From Chloroflexota bacterium (lineage in GTDB: Bacteria > Chloroflexota > Dehalococcoidia > Bin125): a stretch of DNA of 64,000 nucleotides. Shown piece after piece: positions 1 to 9,077 of this stretch. The stretch spans positions 14,598-78,597 of the forward strand of contig JAPPNI010000028.1 in assembly GCA_028873865.1 (NCBI GenBank), in the 5' to 3' direction. The position numbers and the translations under genes were made by a program. How positions within the stretch are numbered: position 1 is the stretch's first letter; each line of letters opens with the position of its first letter. Below the pieces are notes generated by a model. That model saw only the letters and a program-made list of their open reading frames with translations, searched no databases and had not been told where the DNA came from.

Positions 1-432
1 TTCTCGATTCGCCTCGGAGACGGTTCAAACGTGATTTCGGCGATCTACGGGGCCGACCTGGCGGATGCGGTGTCGGCATTGCTTGACGCGGAACTTGCTG
101 ACGTAGCGCGCTATCACATCGCCGACGACGCGGGGCCGTACAGCTGGAACCAACTACTCGCAGGGCTGGAGGTCGCCGCAGGCAAGCGACTCTGGATTCC
201 GTCCCTACCGGGCGGTTTTTTTCTCGGCGCCGCGCGCTGCTCAGAATGGTGGTCCACACTGACAAACAGTGAGCCGATGCTGGACCAGACGCGGGTCATA
301 GAAATGCGCCAGCCGGCATGGATCTGCGATCCATCGTCCCTCTCAGGAGACACGGGATGGCAAGCGAACACGCCACTCGAAGAGGGCCTGCGGGAAACTA
401 TGTCCTGGTACCGAGCCCATGGCTGGATCTGA
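1..432 (+). CDS. NAD-dependent epimerase/dehydratase (extended SDR), C-terminal part, 5'-truncated by window
   Basis: Frame is open from base 1. The sequence 'IYGADLADAV...YHIAD..PYSW...D.SS....GWQANTPLEEGLRETMSWYR' is typical of the extended-SDR C-terminus. Confidence 0.75.
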   Translation, partial: FSIRLGDGSNVISAIYGADLADAVSALLDAELADVARYHIADDAGPYSWNQLLAGLEVAAGKRLWIPSLPGGFFLGAARCSEWWSTLTNSEPMLDQTRVIEMRQPAWICDPSSLSGDTGWQANTPLEEGLRETMSWYRAHGWI

Positions 433-1010
433 TGTCTCGACTATGGTCCTTCGATCTTGACGGCGTGCTCGCCGAGCCGCCCTTCGGCTGGAACCCGGCT
501 ATCAATCGCAGGGTCAATCTGCAGCCCGATCCGGACGCCGAGCTCCCTCCTGCCGGTCCGGAGCAAGCCGTTGATCGCCTCCTGACCGCCACCTGGTATC
601 GCTTCCGCTACCGGCTCAGGCCACCTCGCCCAGGATCTCTAGAGGCGGTGCGCGCGGCGGCGACAGCCGGCCGGGTCATCGTGCTCACCGGTCGCCACCA
701 ACGTGGCCGCCGGCAGACGGAAGCCTGGCTGACCAGACATGGATTTGCACCCCACCTCGAGGATCTGGTCATGAACGCCTCGAGTCTGAAGTCGGCCCGC
801 TACAAGGAGGCATATCTGCGCGGTCAGGGGGCGACGCTGCACATCGATGACGACGCCGCCACCGTTGCGTTGTTGGCGCGAAACAGCATTCCATGCGCCT
901 TGCTCAGCTGGCCTCGCAATCGCGATCTCAACTTCCCCGGCGGCGTGACGCGATGCGAGGACATGACGGAGGTCAGGGCGATGATCGAACGGATCTCTGT
1001 GGATGATTGA
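432..1010 (+). CDS. HAD-superfamily phosphatase-like protein
   Basis: ATG at 432 overlaps the upstream TGA. HAD motifs FDLDGVL (I), LTGR (II) and HIDDD (IV) are present. The 318 start in the ORF track is upstream run-on. Confidence 0.7.
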   Translation: MSRLWSFDLDGVLAEPPFGWNPAINRRVNLQPDPDAELPPAGPEQAVDRLLTATWYRFRYRLRPPRPGSLEAVRAAATAGRVIVLTGRHQRGRRQTEAWLTRHGFAPHLEDLVMNASSLKSARYKEAYLRGQGATLHIDDDAATVALLARNSIPCALLSWPRNRDLNFPGGVTRCEDMTEVRAMIERISVDD

Positions 1011-1356
1011 GCCGATCGAAATCTCGGCTCCCACGGAAGCGGTCTGGAGCCTGCTCCGTGAAGAGGCGCAGTCGGGCATCGACGCCGGCCAAGCAGCCGT
1101 GCTTCACGAGGTTCGCGAACGCGAGTTACTCCTCGAAGTTGAGATGGGCGTTGGATTTCACGTACAACACGCGTATCGGCTGGAGCGTCACGGAGAGCGA
1201 TGTCTGATTTCCGATCGCGTCCGGCCGATCGGCTGGCGTTGGCGGCTGAGCAACATCTTTCTCTTCGGTCGCGGACTGCGCGCCATCGAGGCGGCTGCGC
1301 TGCAGGGACTGCTCAATCTCAGAACCGCAGCGGAGGAGCGAGGGGACGGCTCGTAG
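1003..1356 (+). CDS. SRPBCC/START-like (polyketide cyclase-type) small protein
   Basis: N-terminal 'IEISAPTEAVWSLL' and C-terminal helix 'LQGLLNLRTAAE' are typical of SRPBCC; overlaps the upstream stop. Confidence 0.6.
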   Translation: MIEPIEISAPTEAVWSLLREEAQSGIDAGQAAVLHEVRERELLLEVEMGVGFHVQHAYRLERHGERCLISDRVRPIGWRWRLSNIFLFGRGLRAIEAAALQGLLNLRTAAEERGDGS

Positions 1357-1516
1357 CAACGGGCAGAGCGGGAGAGTCTATGCCGACCCTGAGGGAGCTC
1401 CACAGGTTGTTGGCCATGGACATAAGTGAGTCGGAGCGCTTCCGTGTACAGTGTTGATCGCGGTAGGGGCTGCCTTTGGTTCAAGTAAGGCACATCAGGT
1501 GTTTTCCGAAGATGCG

Positions 1517-2902
1517 TTGCGCCCGACTGGATTATTGAGATTCGTCACCCATCGCTTCATCCTGCTCCTGGCGCTCATGGCCGGTGCGTCTCTTGGTGTC
1601 GTCAGAGCCGAAGATCCTGAGCCTGCGGACGCTCAGGTCGGGGGAGGAACTCCCGGTGGGACGATCGCCCTCACCTCGTCCGTCACTTTCACCCAGAACC
1701 TGACTGGACACGTCTACGTCTGGGACCAGGGACGCTTGAGGCCGGCGGCGCAGGCCAAGGTCTCCACCGGCGAGGCGCTCGTCCGAACGGACAGCAGCGG
1801 CCGGTTTGAATTTGAACCCGAGCAACGGACCGGCACCCTCTCGATTGTCAAGCCGGGCTATGACATCGTCCGCCGGCCGATCTACTACGACCAGTCGGTG
1901 ATCGTCCTGCGCAACCTCGTGGTACGCGCGATCTACATCCCCTTCGGCGAGGTCACGAAGCCGGAGGTCCAGGCCTGGGTGCATGCTCTCGTTGACCGGA
2001 ATCTGATCAACGCGGTGGTTGTCGATATCAAGAACGAATCAGGCCAGGTCTTCTCCATCGCAGCGACGCCGACGGTCGAACAGATCGAAGCTTCACGGGA
2101 CGGCAGCTCGGTCGGGACATTCCTCGAAGAGCTGGAAGGCAAGGGCGTTTATCGCATTGGCCGCGTCGTGACCTTCCTGGACAACACCTACCCCTGGTGG
2201 TTCAGAGACAACGCCCTGCACCATGTCAGTGGCGGGTTGTTCCTGGACGGCATGGGAATCACCTGGTCGTCGGCGTACACAGCCGGTGCCCGTGCCTACA
2301 ACATCGAGATCGGCGTCGCTGCAGCCGAATACCTCGACGAGATCCAGTACGACTACGTCCGCTTGCCATACGAGAACGGTCTGCGCGAGCGGTTCGAGAA
2401 CACAGAGGCCCAGCGCGTGGCCGCCATCACCCGCTTCGCCCGCGAGGCCAGTGAAGCGTTGCATCTCGCCGGTGTGGCCGTCTCGTTCGACACCTTCGGT
2501 GTCGTGTCCACGGCGAACAACGATCAGGGCATCGGCCAGTCGGTCGAAGGGCTCGCGCCGTATCTCGATTACATCTCGCCGATGGTGTACCCCAGCGGCT
2601 GGCATCCCGGCTCACTGGGCTTTGCTTATCCGCCCGCGCATCCCGGTCCGGTGGTGCAGATCAACGTGGAGGCAACCGTGGCGCGCATCACCAGGCCCGG
2701 TAGCGCGCTGGTACGTCCCTGGTTGCAGGACTTCCACGACTACCAGCGTCGAGGATTGCCCTACAACTGGGAACAGGTGCACGCGCAGATCGCGGCGACG
2801 GCTGCCGGCGGCGGAATCGGCTTCATGCTCTGGGACCCGTCGCTCGCCTATGAAGAACAGGCCCTCGAGCAGGCGCTCAGCCTCACCTGGCCGCCGTTCT
2901 AA
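1517..2902 (+). CDS. Secreted putative glycoside hydrolase (DUF4015-like TIM barrel) with N-terminal carboxypeptidase-regulatory-like beta domain
   Basis: Motifs VVVDIK, DEIQYDYVRLP, DYISPMVYPS, RPWLQDF. A Sec-type signal peptide (RF..R-FILLLALMAGASLG-VRA^E) favours the in-frame TTG at 1517; the track start is 1451. Confidence 0.7.
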   Translation: MRPTGLLRFVTHRFILLLALMAGASLGVVRAEDPEPADAQVGGGTPGGTIALTSSVTFTQNLTGHVYVWDQGRLRPAAQAKVSTGEALVRTDSSGRFEFEPEQRTGTLSIVKPGYDIVRRPIYYDQSVIVLRNLVVRAIYIPFGEVTKPEVQAWVHALVDRNLINAVVVDIKNESGQVFSIAATPTVEQIEASRDGSSVGTFLEELEGKGVYRIGRVVTFLDNTYPWWFRDNALHHVSGGLFLDGMGITWSSAYTAGARAYNIEIGVAAAEYLDEIQYDYVRLPYENGLRERFENTEAQRVAAITRFAREASEALHLAGVAVSFDTFGVVSTANNDQGIGQSVEGLAPYLDYISPMVYPSGWHPGSLGFAYPPAHPGPVVQINVEATVARITRPGSALVRPWLQDFHDYQRRGLPYNWEQVHAQIAATAAGGGIGFMLWDPSLAYEEQALEQALSLTWPPF

Positions 2903-2923
2903 CAGAGCCGGCGAGCGTTTAGG

Positions 2924-3706
2924 TTAAATCCCGGCGCCCCAGCCAGAATCGACGAGGAAGCGGTTGAGTTGGCCGTTAAACTCGGTCGCTCGCTCGAAGT
3001 AGACGCTGTGACCCGTCGCTGGCACCTCGTAGTACTGCGAGCCGGGCACGTGCGCATGAGCGGCTCGCATCACGACCGGGGGAATCAGCGGATCGGTGCC
3101 ACCGACCACCCAGAGGATCGGCATCGACAGATTGGCGACGACGTCCGGATCGGGCGCGAGCTCATTCAGCACACCGATCAGGGCCGGGTCGCGCGGAGGA
3201 TTCATCGCCATGATCTCGTCGTACAGGAACGCCAGCGCAGGATCCCGCCTGCGGAGAGACTGGTCATAGGCGAGTGAGCCAAGACCCTGCCCCTCGACAA
3301 GTTTGCGTGCCTGCTCCCACGGTTCCCTGATCGCCTCGGTCATCAGACCGCCGACCGTGTCCGCCATAACCAGCGCGGCAACACGTTCAGGAACCTGGAG
3401 CGCAGCTCCGAGACAGGTCCAACCCCCCATTGACTGGGCGACCAGGGCTGCCCGATCGATCCGAAGCTCATCCATCAGGGCGAGCAGGTCGTCGACGAAC
3501 GCGGCTGGTCCGGGTCCGCCGGTGGGGATGCTGCGTCCCCAGCCGCGATGATCGAAAGCGACGCAGCGATAGGACCCGGCGAATACCGGCACTTGCTGCC
3601 ACCAGGAGAGATGATTCCCGCCGGCGCCGTGGGCGAAGATGATCGCTGGACCGCTGCCCGTTTCCTCGTAGAAGATGTCGCAGTTCGGTCGACTCAGCAA
3701 GGGCAT
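2924..3706 (-). CDS. Alpha/beta-fold hydrolase
   Basis: HGAGG oxyanion loop, DHRGWGRS, nucleophile elbow AQSMGG, catalytic D and H (TGHSVYFE). Confidence 0.9.
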   Translation of the reverse strand: MPLLSRPNCDIFYEETGSGPAIIFAHGAGGNHLSWWQQVPVFAGSYRCVAFDHRGWGRSIPTGGPGPAAFVDDLLALMDELRIDRAALVAQSMGGWTCLGAALQVPERVAALVMADTVGGLMTEAIREPWEQARKLVEGQGLGSLAYDQSLRRRDPALAFLYDEIMAMNPPRDPALIGVLNELAPDPDVVANLSMPILWVVGGTDPLIPPVVMRAAHAHVPGSQYYEVPATGHSVYFERATEFNGQLNRFLVDSGWGAGI

Positions 3707-3786
3707 GGCATGTTCCGATCCACCAGCGCGTACGCTCTTGATGCAGGGCCGAGGCTATCAGCCCACCCGGAGCGGAAGAGCCGGTC

Positions 3787-4731
3787 ATGTCGACGATGCG
3801 AATCGCGTTGACAGGAGCGACGCAGCCGGTGGGCGCCGCGATCGCGAGTGAACTCCATCGTCACGACGCCCTGCTCAGCTCTATCGAGATCGAGGATCCC
3901 GGACAACTCCAGGCAGCGCTTGCTGAGATCACCCACGTCGTCCACGCGTACTCCTTGACCGAACCGGGGTTGCCCGCCACTGCGTACACAGACGCAAACG
4001 TTCACACGACGACCATGCTGCTGGACGCCTGCCGCCAGACCGAACTGAAGCAGGTGGTCTTTGTCTCGACGACCGAAACGTACGGACGCCGACTCCCGCC
4101 CTGGCCAGTCACCGAGAGTTGGGTGCCGCGTCCCCTGGGGCCCGCGCTGCAGAGCCGTGTGGCGGCCGAACGAGTCGCCCGCACCTACCGCCGACGCGTA
4201 CCGCTCTCAATTCTCCGCCCGGCGCCCACAATTGTCGACGGCGAGGGACCGGTGATGAAGGTGATTCGACACTTCATTTCACGTCCTCGGGCAGCGCTCG
4301 TGGCTGGCGGACAGGCGCCGGTCTCCGTATTGGCCGGCGCCGATCTGGGTCGAGCAGTCTGGGCGATGCTCAGCCAGCCCGAGGAGGCGGTCGACCAGGT
4401 CTTCCACGTTGCCTCGGCCCACACGACCTGGCGCGACCTCGCTGTCGAGGCCTGTCAGCTACGGGGAGTTGAGGAGCGATTTTGGAACGCGCCCTACCCA
4501 TTCGCGCGCAGTCTCGACGCAATCCGGCTCGCCGGCTGGGTGCTGCCCGAGCCGGAGGGTGTTGAGGCCTACGTTTCGATGACCGGTCGTCCGCACCTGA
4601 TCGACGACTCACGAGCCCGCGTGTCGCTCGGCTACGCACCGGTTCTCGGCGTCAGAGCAGCACTGGCTCAGGCACTCGACCTCTACCGGCGCCCTCCCGA
4701 CGAGACAGCCAGCCGTGAGAGCCAGAGCTAG
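3787..4731 (+). CDS. NAD-dependent epimerase/dehydratase-like (atypical SDR)
   Basis: Rossmann start IALTGAT, VFVST, ILRP, FHVAS. The Gly-rich and YxxxK motifs are degenerate (see findings). Confidence 0.7.
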   Translation: MSTMRIALTGATQPVGAAIASELHRHDALLSSIEIEDPGQLQAALAEITHVVHAYSLTEPGLPATAYTDANVHTTTMLLDACRQTELKQVVFVSTTETYGRRLPPWPVTESWVPRPLGPALQSRVAAERVARTYRRRVPLSILRPAPTIVDGEGPVMKVIRHFISRPRAALVAGGQAPVSVLAGADLGRAVWAMLSQPEEAVDQVFHVASAHTTWRDLAVEACQLRGVEERFWNAPYPFARSLDAIRLAGWVLPEPEGVEAYVSMTGRPHLIDDSRARVSLGYAPVLGVRAALAQALDLYRRPPDETASRESQS

Positions 4732-5885
4732 CCAGTGGCCTTGACCGCGTCGGCCACCTTGTAGGCCAGTCCTTCTTCGAAGATGCTCGGCACGATCCGG
4801 TCCGGCGTCGGATCGGTGACAAAGTCCGCGATCGCCTGGGCAGCCGCGATCTTGTGCTCATCCTCGATCTTGGGGATGCCGCCGTCGAGCAGACCGCGGA
4901 ACATGCCGGGGAATCCGAGCGCGTTGTTGATCTGGTTGGCAAAGTCCGAGCGTCCGGTAGCGACGATCGCCGCGCCAGCTTCGGCAGCCTCATCCGGCAT
5001 GATCTCTGGCGTCGGATTGGCCATCGCGAAGACCATGGCGTCGTCATTCATCGAAGCCACGTCGGAGACGGTCACCAGGCCCGGACCGGCCAGGCCGAGG
5101 AACAGGTCGGAGCCCTCCATGACCTGCGAGGTCTGCGGAATGCTGCCGTCCGCATTGTTGCGGAACTCGCACCACTGCGCCGCTTCACGCTTCCAGGGAT
5201 TCAGGTCCTCGCGGTCGATGGTGAGCAGGCCCTTTGAATCGATCAAGGCGACATCTTCGCAGCCCATCTCGCGAAGGATCGCGCCACAGGCGATCCCGCT
5301 GGCTCCCGCGCCGAGGATCACCGTGCGGATGTCCTTGAAGTCCCGATTGGTCAGGCGCAGCGCGTTGATCACGCCTGCCAGCGCCACCACCGCGGTGCCG
5401 TGCTGATCGTCATGCATCACGGGGATATCGAGCGAGTTATGCAGCCGCTGCTCAATCTCGAAGCAGCGTGGCGCCGAGATGTCCTCGAGGTTGATGCCTC
5501 CCAGCGACGGCGCGATCGCCTCGATCGCCGCAACGATGTCATCCACTTCACGAACGGCCAGCGCGATCGGAATCGCATCGACGCCCGCGAAGTTGCGGAA
5601 CAGCACGCACTTGCCCTCCATCACCGGCAGCGCCGCCTGCGGCCCGATGTCGCCCAATCCAAGCACGGCCGAACCATCGGTGATCACCGCGACGAGGTTG
5701 CCGACCCCGGTCATCACCCGGGCCAGTGACGGATCGCGCGCGATCTCGAGACAGGGCGCAGCGACGCCCGGGGTGTAGACGACTGACAGGTCGTCGTGGT
5801 TCTCCACGGTGACCTTCGAGGCGTAGTCGACCTTGCCGCCCCATTCACGATGCATCTCGATGGCGCGCTGGTCGTAGTCGCTCAT
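4728..5885 (-). CDS. mae: NAD(P)-dependent malic enzyme (short form)
   Basis: YTPGVA, DGSAVLGLGDIG, MEGK, GGINLEDI, HDDQHGTA, MANPTPEI, NQINN. The ATG at 5885 (MSDYD) is preferred over the track's 5981. Confidence 0.92.
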   Translation of the reverse strand: MSDYDQRAIEMHREWGGKVDYASKVTVENHDDLSVVYTPGVAAPCLEIARDPSLARVMTGVGNLVAVITDGSAVLGLGDIGPQAALPVMEGKCVLFRNFAGVDAIPIALAVREVDDIVAAIEAIAPSLGGINLEDISAPRCFEIEQRLHNSLDIPVMHDDQHGTAVVALAGVINALRLTNRDFKDIRTVILGAGASGIACGAILREMGCEDVALIDSKGLLTIDREDLNPWKREAAQWCEFRNNADGSIPQTSQVMEGSDLFLGLAGPGLVTVSDVASMNDDAMVFAMANPTPEIMPDEAAEAGAAIVATGRSDFANQINNALGFPGMFRGLLDGGIPKIEDEHKIAAAQAIADFVTDPTPDRIVPSIFEEGLAYKVADAVKATG

Positions 5886-6037
5886 GTTCTCGCTCTTTCT
5901 GAGGCCTGGAGTGATCAAGCAGGCCGGGAACAGGTATTCGTGCACTCTAGTCGTGAAAGTGAAATCGATCACTAGCATCACGCGCGTTGTGGCGATGCGA
6001 GCAGGCTTTCGTAGCAGCGATTACATCCAAAGCTGCG

Positions 6038-6412
6038 TTAGAGCAACGTTCCCTCAAGGATGCCGCGATGCGCGCGCAGGACCAACTGCCCTTCTTCGCG
6101 CCGTTCGACGATCAACGGTTTGCGGCAGTGCTTGCAGGGCGACGTTTCCTTGCGCCTCAGGAGCCCCTTGGGCGGCACGCGGGCGACTGTCGGTTCCTGG
6201 CAGTAGGGACAGGTGACGTCCCACCTCATGCAGGCCCGGATCCGCAGCGGTTCGTCGTCCTTCTGCCCACGCGAGACCACCAGGTCGTAGTTGCACGTTA
6301 CGCAGTGGGTCACCACCCGCCGCGTGCGTCCGCTCTCCGGCGGCACGCCAACATCGAGCGCCTTCGAACAGTTCGGACAGCGAATGTGGCGGATCTCAAG
6401 CTCAGCGGCCAT
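6038..6412 (-). CDS. Small Cys-rich protein with two tandem zinc-ribbon repeats
   Basis: Four CxxC pairs (CPNC, CVTC, CPYC, CKHC) arranged in two similar ~55-aa halves. Confidence 0.7.
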   Translation of the reverse strand: MAAELEIRHIRCPNCSKALDVGVPPESGRTRRVVTHCVTCNYDLVVSRGQKDDEPLRIRACMRWDVTCPYCQEPTVARVPPKGLLRRKETSPCKHCRKPLIVERREEGQLVLRAHRGILEGTLL

Positions 6413-6482
6413 GCATCCATCCTATCGGGGCTGGCGAGCGCGCCCGCTCAAGCCGACTACCTGATACCAGCAACACTGATGC

Positions 6483-7379
6483 ATGACATACCCTGCATTC
6501 ATGAGCCACCACTTTCGCGGGGCGCAGGACTTCTCCAGTCCGCAGGTCCGGGTCAGAGGCGCGAACGACTTCCGCCAATACTCAAGCCAGCGCCTGCGCT
6601 TGCCAAACGAGCGACCGCCGCTGGGCCCCAGGATCAAGAGGACGATCGGCGCAATCCTGACCCTGGCCATCCTCGGAGGCATCGGCGTCGGGGTCTACTT
6701 CGGCGTCACCCTCCTCCTCGAGGAAGATGAGCCGGCCGCATCCGCCGTAACTCAGACCGCGGAACCGGCTCAGACCCAGAGCGCCGCTCAGACGGCTGTG
6801 GAGCAGACAGCTCAGGAACCCGAAACCGCTACCGCCGCAGCGCCTGAATCATCCTCGCCCGAGGCCGCCGCTCAGGATTCGCAGGAATCGGCCGCCGCCC
6901 AGACGCAGCAAGCGCAGCAACCGGAGCAATCGCAGAGCGCGGATCAGGCGGCCGAGCCGCAGGAGATGGTGGCCGTCTCATCGATCGAACCCAGCGTTGC
7001 CGAAGAACTGGTCACACCGGCGCAGATCGGCGGAGCCGAGATCGCCGTCGAGCGCGTTACCGCCGAACCGATTCCCGCCGGCATTCCCAAGACGCTGGCC
7101 GACGGCGCCGCCTACGATCCGACCGAACCCGGCACCGTCTTCACCTCGCGCTGGCCGGTCGGCACGACCCTGCGCCTGATTCGTCTGCCCGGAGCGACGC
7201 TTCTGACCGATGACGAGCAGGCTGAGGTCGTCGGCGCCGAGGCGCTGGTCGTCGTCCGAGGCACGGAGTCATCCAACACCGACCTACAGCTCAGTCCTGC
7301 GGCCTTCGATCGGATCGCCTTCTACGGCACCGAGCGGATCATCGCCGTCCGCGTCGAGGTGACGGCGGCTCCGCCCTAG
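6483..7379 (+). CDS. Single-pass membrane protein with A/Q/E/S-rich linker and C-terminal RlpA-like double-psi beta-barrel
   Basis: TM helix IGAILTLAILGGIGVGVYFGVTLLL, a low-complexity linker, then WPVGTTLRL...VVVRG...LQLSPAAF...VRVEV resembling the RlpA DPBB. Confidence 0.6.
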   Translation: MTYPAFMSHHFRGAQDFSSPQVRVRGANDFRQYSSQRLRLPNERPPLGPRIKRTIGAILTLAILGGIGVGVYFGVTLLLEEDEPAASAVTQTAEPAQTQSAAQTAVEQTAQEPETATAAAPESSSPEAAAQDSQESAAAQTQQAQQPEQSQSADQAAEPQEMVAVSSIEPSVAEELVTPAQIGGAEIAVERVTAEPIPAGIPKTLADGAAYDPTEPGTVFTSRWPVGTTLRLIRLPGATLLTDDEQAEVVGAEALVVVRGTESSNTDLQLSPAAFDRIAFYGTERIIAVRVEVTAAPP

Positions 7380-7400
7380 CTTCCACAGCGCTTGACTGGG

Positions 7401-7640
7401 TCAGGAGCGGCGGCGGCGGCCGAACGGCATCCGCAACTCTTCGCCGTAGTTGAGAAAGTCCTTCTCGGCCCCGCACTTCGAACAGCGGCCGTGCGACACC
7501 TGTTGGTTCGGACGGTCAATCTCCCACGCATGGGAGCATTCATCTGCCTCGGCGGCAGATACGGCATGATCGGCCGTCGCAGCAGGACTGCGAGGCTTGG
7601 TTCTACGCTCGACCACGGGTTCCGCCTTGTCCACGAGCAC
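7401..7640 (-). CDS. Small putative Zn-binding hypothetical protein
   Basis: C-x-H-x-W...G-R-C-x2-C-G pattern. The in-frame GTG at 7640 is the likely start; the track start is 7694. Confidence 0.5.
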   Translation of the reverse strand: MLVDKAEPVVERRTKPRSPAATADHAVSAAEADECSHAWEIDRPNQQVSHGRCSKCGAEKDFLNYGEELRMPFGRRRRS

Positions 7641-7730
7641 GCGCACGTGCGGCCAGCCTATGACAAACAGCACACACTTACTGATAGGTGACATAACGCT
7701 GCCCGCGGGAAGCGGAGCTGGCGCCGCAGC

Positions 7731-8162
7731 TCAAGACGTCCGCTCGTAGAGCGTGTGGTACTTGTCTCCGCCGGCGATCGCCTGGCGGATGTCCTCGCGG
7801 TCAAGCTCGTAGAGCCTGCCCAACGCGGCCCGGGCGTCGTCCTCGGCCGTCGGATCGCCGGCACAGCGCTCCAGGATGCGCTCGAACAGGCCGGCTTCGA
7901 CGAAGGAATCGACGCGTCCTGCCCACGGAAAAAAAACAAACGATTCCGGGTCGTCAAAGCTGGGACGCAGCCGTCTCAGTTCTCGAATCCGGTCCTGAGG
8001 CGAGCGCACCGGCTCGACGACGCGAACGTAGGGCCCCTCGGAGTCGTTGCGGCGCCCATCGATCAGCAGGCGTTCCTGCAGCCAACCAAACCCGATCACC
8101 ACCACATCCGCCTCGCGCAAAGCGCGCAAAGTTTCCTCGAGATCGAATCCCTCGTCAGCCAT
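7731..8162 (-). CDS. Hypothetical protein
   Basis: 143-aa ORF with normal composition that fills the gap between neighbours; a TATACT lies 6 nt upstream of its ATG. Confidence 0.65.
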   Translation of the reverse strand: MADEGFDLEETLRALREADVVVIGFGWLQERLLIDGRRNDSEGPYVRVVEPVRSPQDRIRELRRLRPSFDDPESFVFFPWAGRVDSFVEAGLFERILERCAGDPTAEDDARAALGRLYELDREDIRQAIAGGDKYHTLYERTS

Positions 8163-8249
8163 GGCGCCAGTATACGATCAGCCTGCCTCGGTTCGTCAAA
8201 GCGACTCAGGGCCTCGATGAGTATGATCGTCCAAAGGTCCCCCCCACCG

Positions 8250-9077
8250 ATGAAACGCTCTCCCAGCGCCGTCCGGCCGCATCGTTCTGCCGAACAGGCC
8301 GACGCCTTTCGCACGCTCTTCCGCCAGCAGGGCGATCGCCTCTGGAACGCCGACCGCGACGTCGACTGGGCCGCCGGCTCTGAGATTCCCGATGCTCGCC
8401 GCGCCGCCTGGCTGCGGATGATGAACGTCTTCCTCGGCCTCGAGGTGATGGGGCTCGACACGATCCAGGTGATGATGAGCCAGGCCACCCACCAGGTCCG
8501 CGATCCGGCGCTGAATCTCTATCTGGCCGCGCAATGCCAGGACGAGGCCCGGCATGTCTACGTGCTGGACCGCTACCTGACCGAGGTCGACGGCCACGGT
8601 TACATCTCGAAACCCGAGGAGTTCCTGATCGAGCGCTTCGGCGGCATGGCCTCCTGGGGCTTGTACCGCGTAGAGAACTGGCTCACCTCCACCCTCTTCA
8701 GCGAGAACTTCGCGGCGCTCTTCCTGCAGCAGGCGCTGGAACTCGACGATGTCGATCCATTGGCCAAGCAGATCTTCCGCCTCATCCTGCGCGACGAGGT
8801 CCGCCACGTGAACTTCCTCCACACCATTCTGCCGCTCCTCATTGACCGCTTGCCCGCGGCCGGTCGCCTGTACGTCTGGCAGAGCCAGCTCCTGCTGGCC
8901 GGAGCCGTCGCCCTCGGCTTGCGCCGGATCAAGGCCGACGTCGCTGCCCTGGGCATCGATGTCGACGTCTACAAGGCCACACTGATCGAGAATCTGGGTG
9001 CCCAATTCGAAGATGCCGGTCTGGACTCGTTCCTCAAGATCGACACCTACGCCAGGGTGATCAACGCAGCCACATGA
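8250..9077 (+). CDS. Ferritin-like diiron protein (AurF/desaturase-like oxygenase family)
   Basis: Diiron ligand pattern E(GLEV)...DEARH...E(SENF)...DEVRH and N-terminal W-N-x-x-x-D-V-D-W. Start is uncertain (in-frame ATGs at 8217, 8223, 8250); the track's 7755 extension overlaps a minus-strand gene. Confidence 0.75.
   Translation: MKRSPSAVRPHRSAEQADAFRTLFRQQGDRLWNADRDVDWAAGSEIPDARRAAWLRMMNVFLGLEVMGLDTIQVMMSQATHQVRDPALNLYLAAQCQDEARHVYVLDRYLTEVDGHGYISKPEEFLIERFGGMASWGLYRVENWLTSTLFSENFAALFLQQALELDDVDPLAKQIFRLILRDEVRHVNFLHTILPLLIDRLPAAGRLYVWQSQLLLAGAVALGLRRIKADVAALGIDVDVYKATLIENLGAQFEDAGLDSFLKIDTYARVINAAT

Noticed and set aside
1364-1420. Glycine-riboswitch-like GAGCGGGAGAG upstream of the glycoside hydrolase
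   Set aside because: The downstream conserved elements (CCGAAGG.GCAA, CUCUCAGG) are missing and the gene context does not fit.
5947-5975. Imperfect inverted repeat CTAGTCGTGA...TCGATCACTAG upstream of the malic enzyme gene as a Rex or other operator
   Set aside because: Poor match to the Rex consensus (TTGTGAA-N4-TTCACAA) and weak symmetry.
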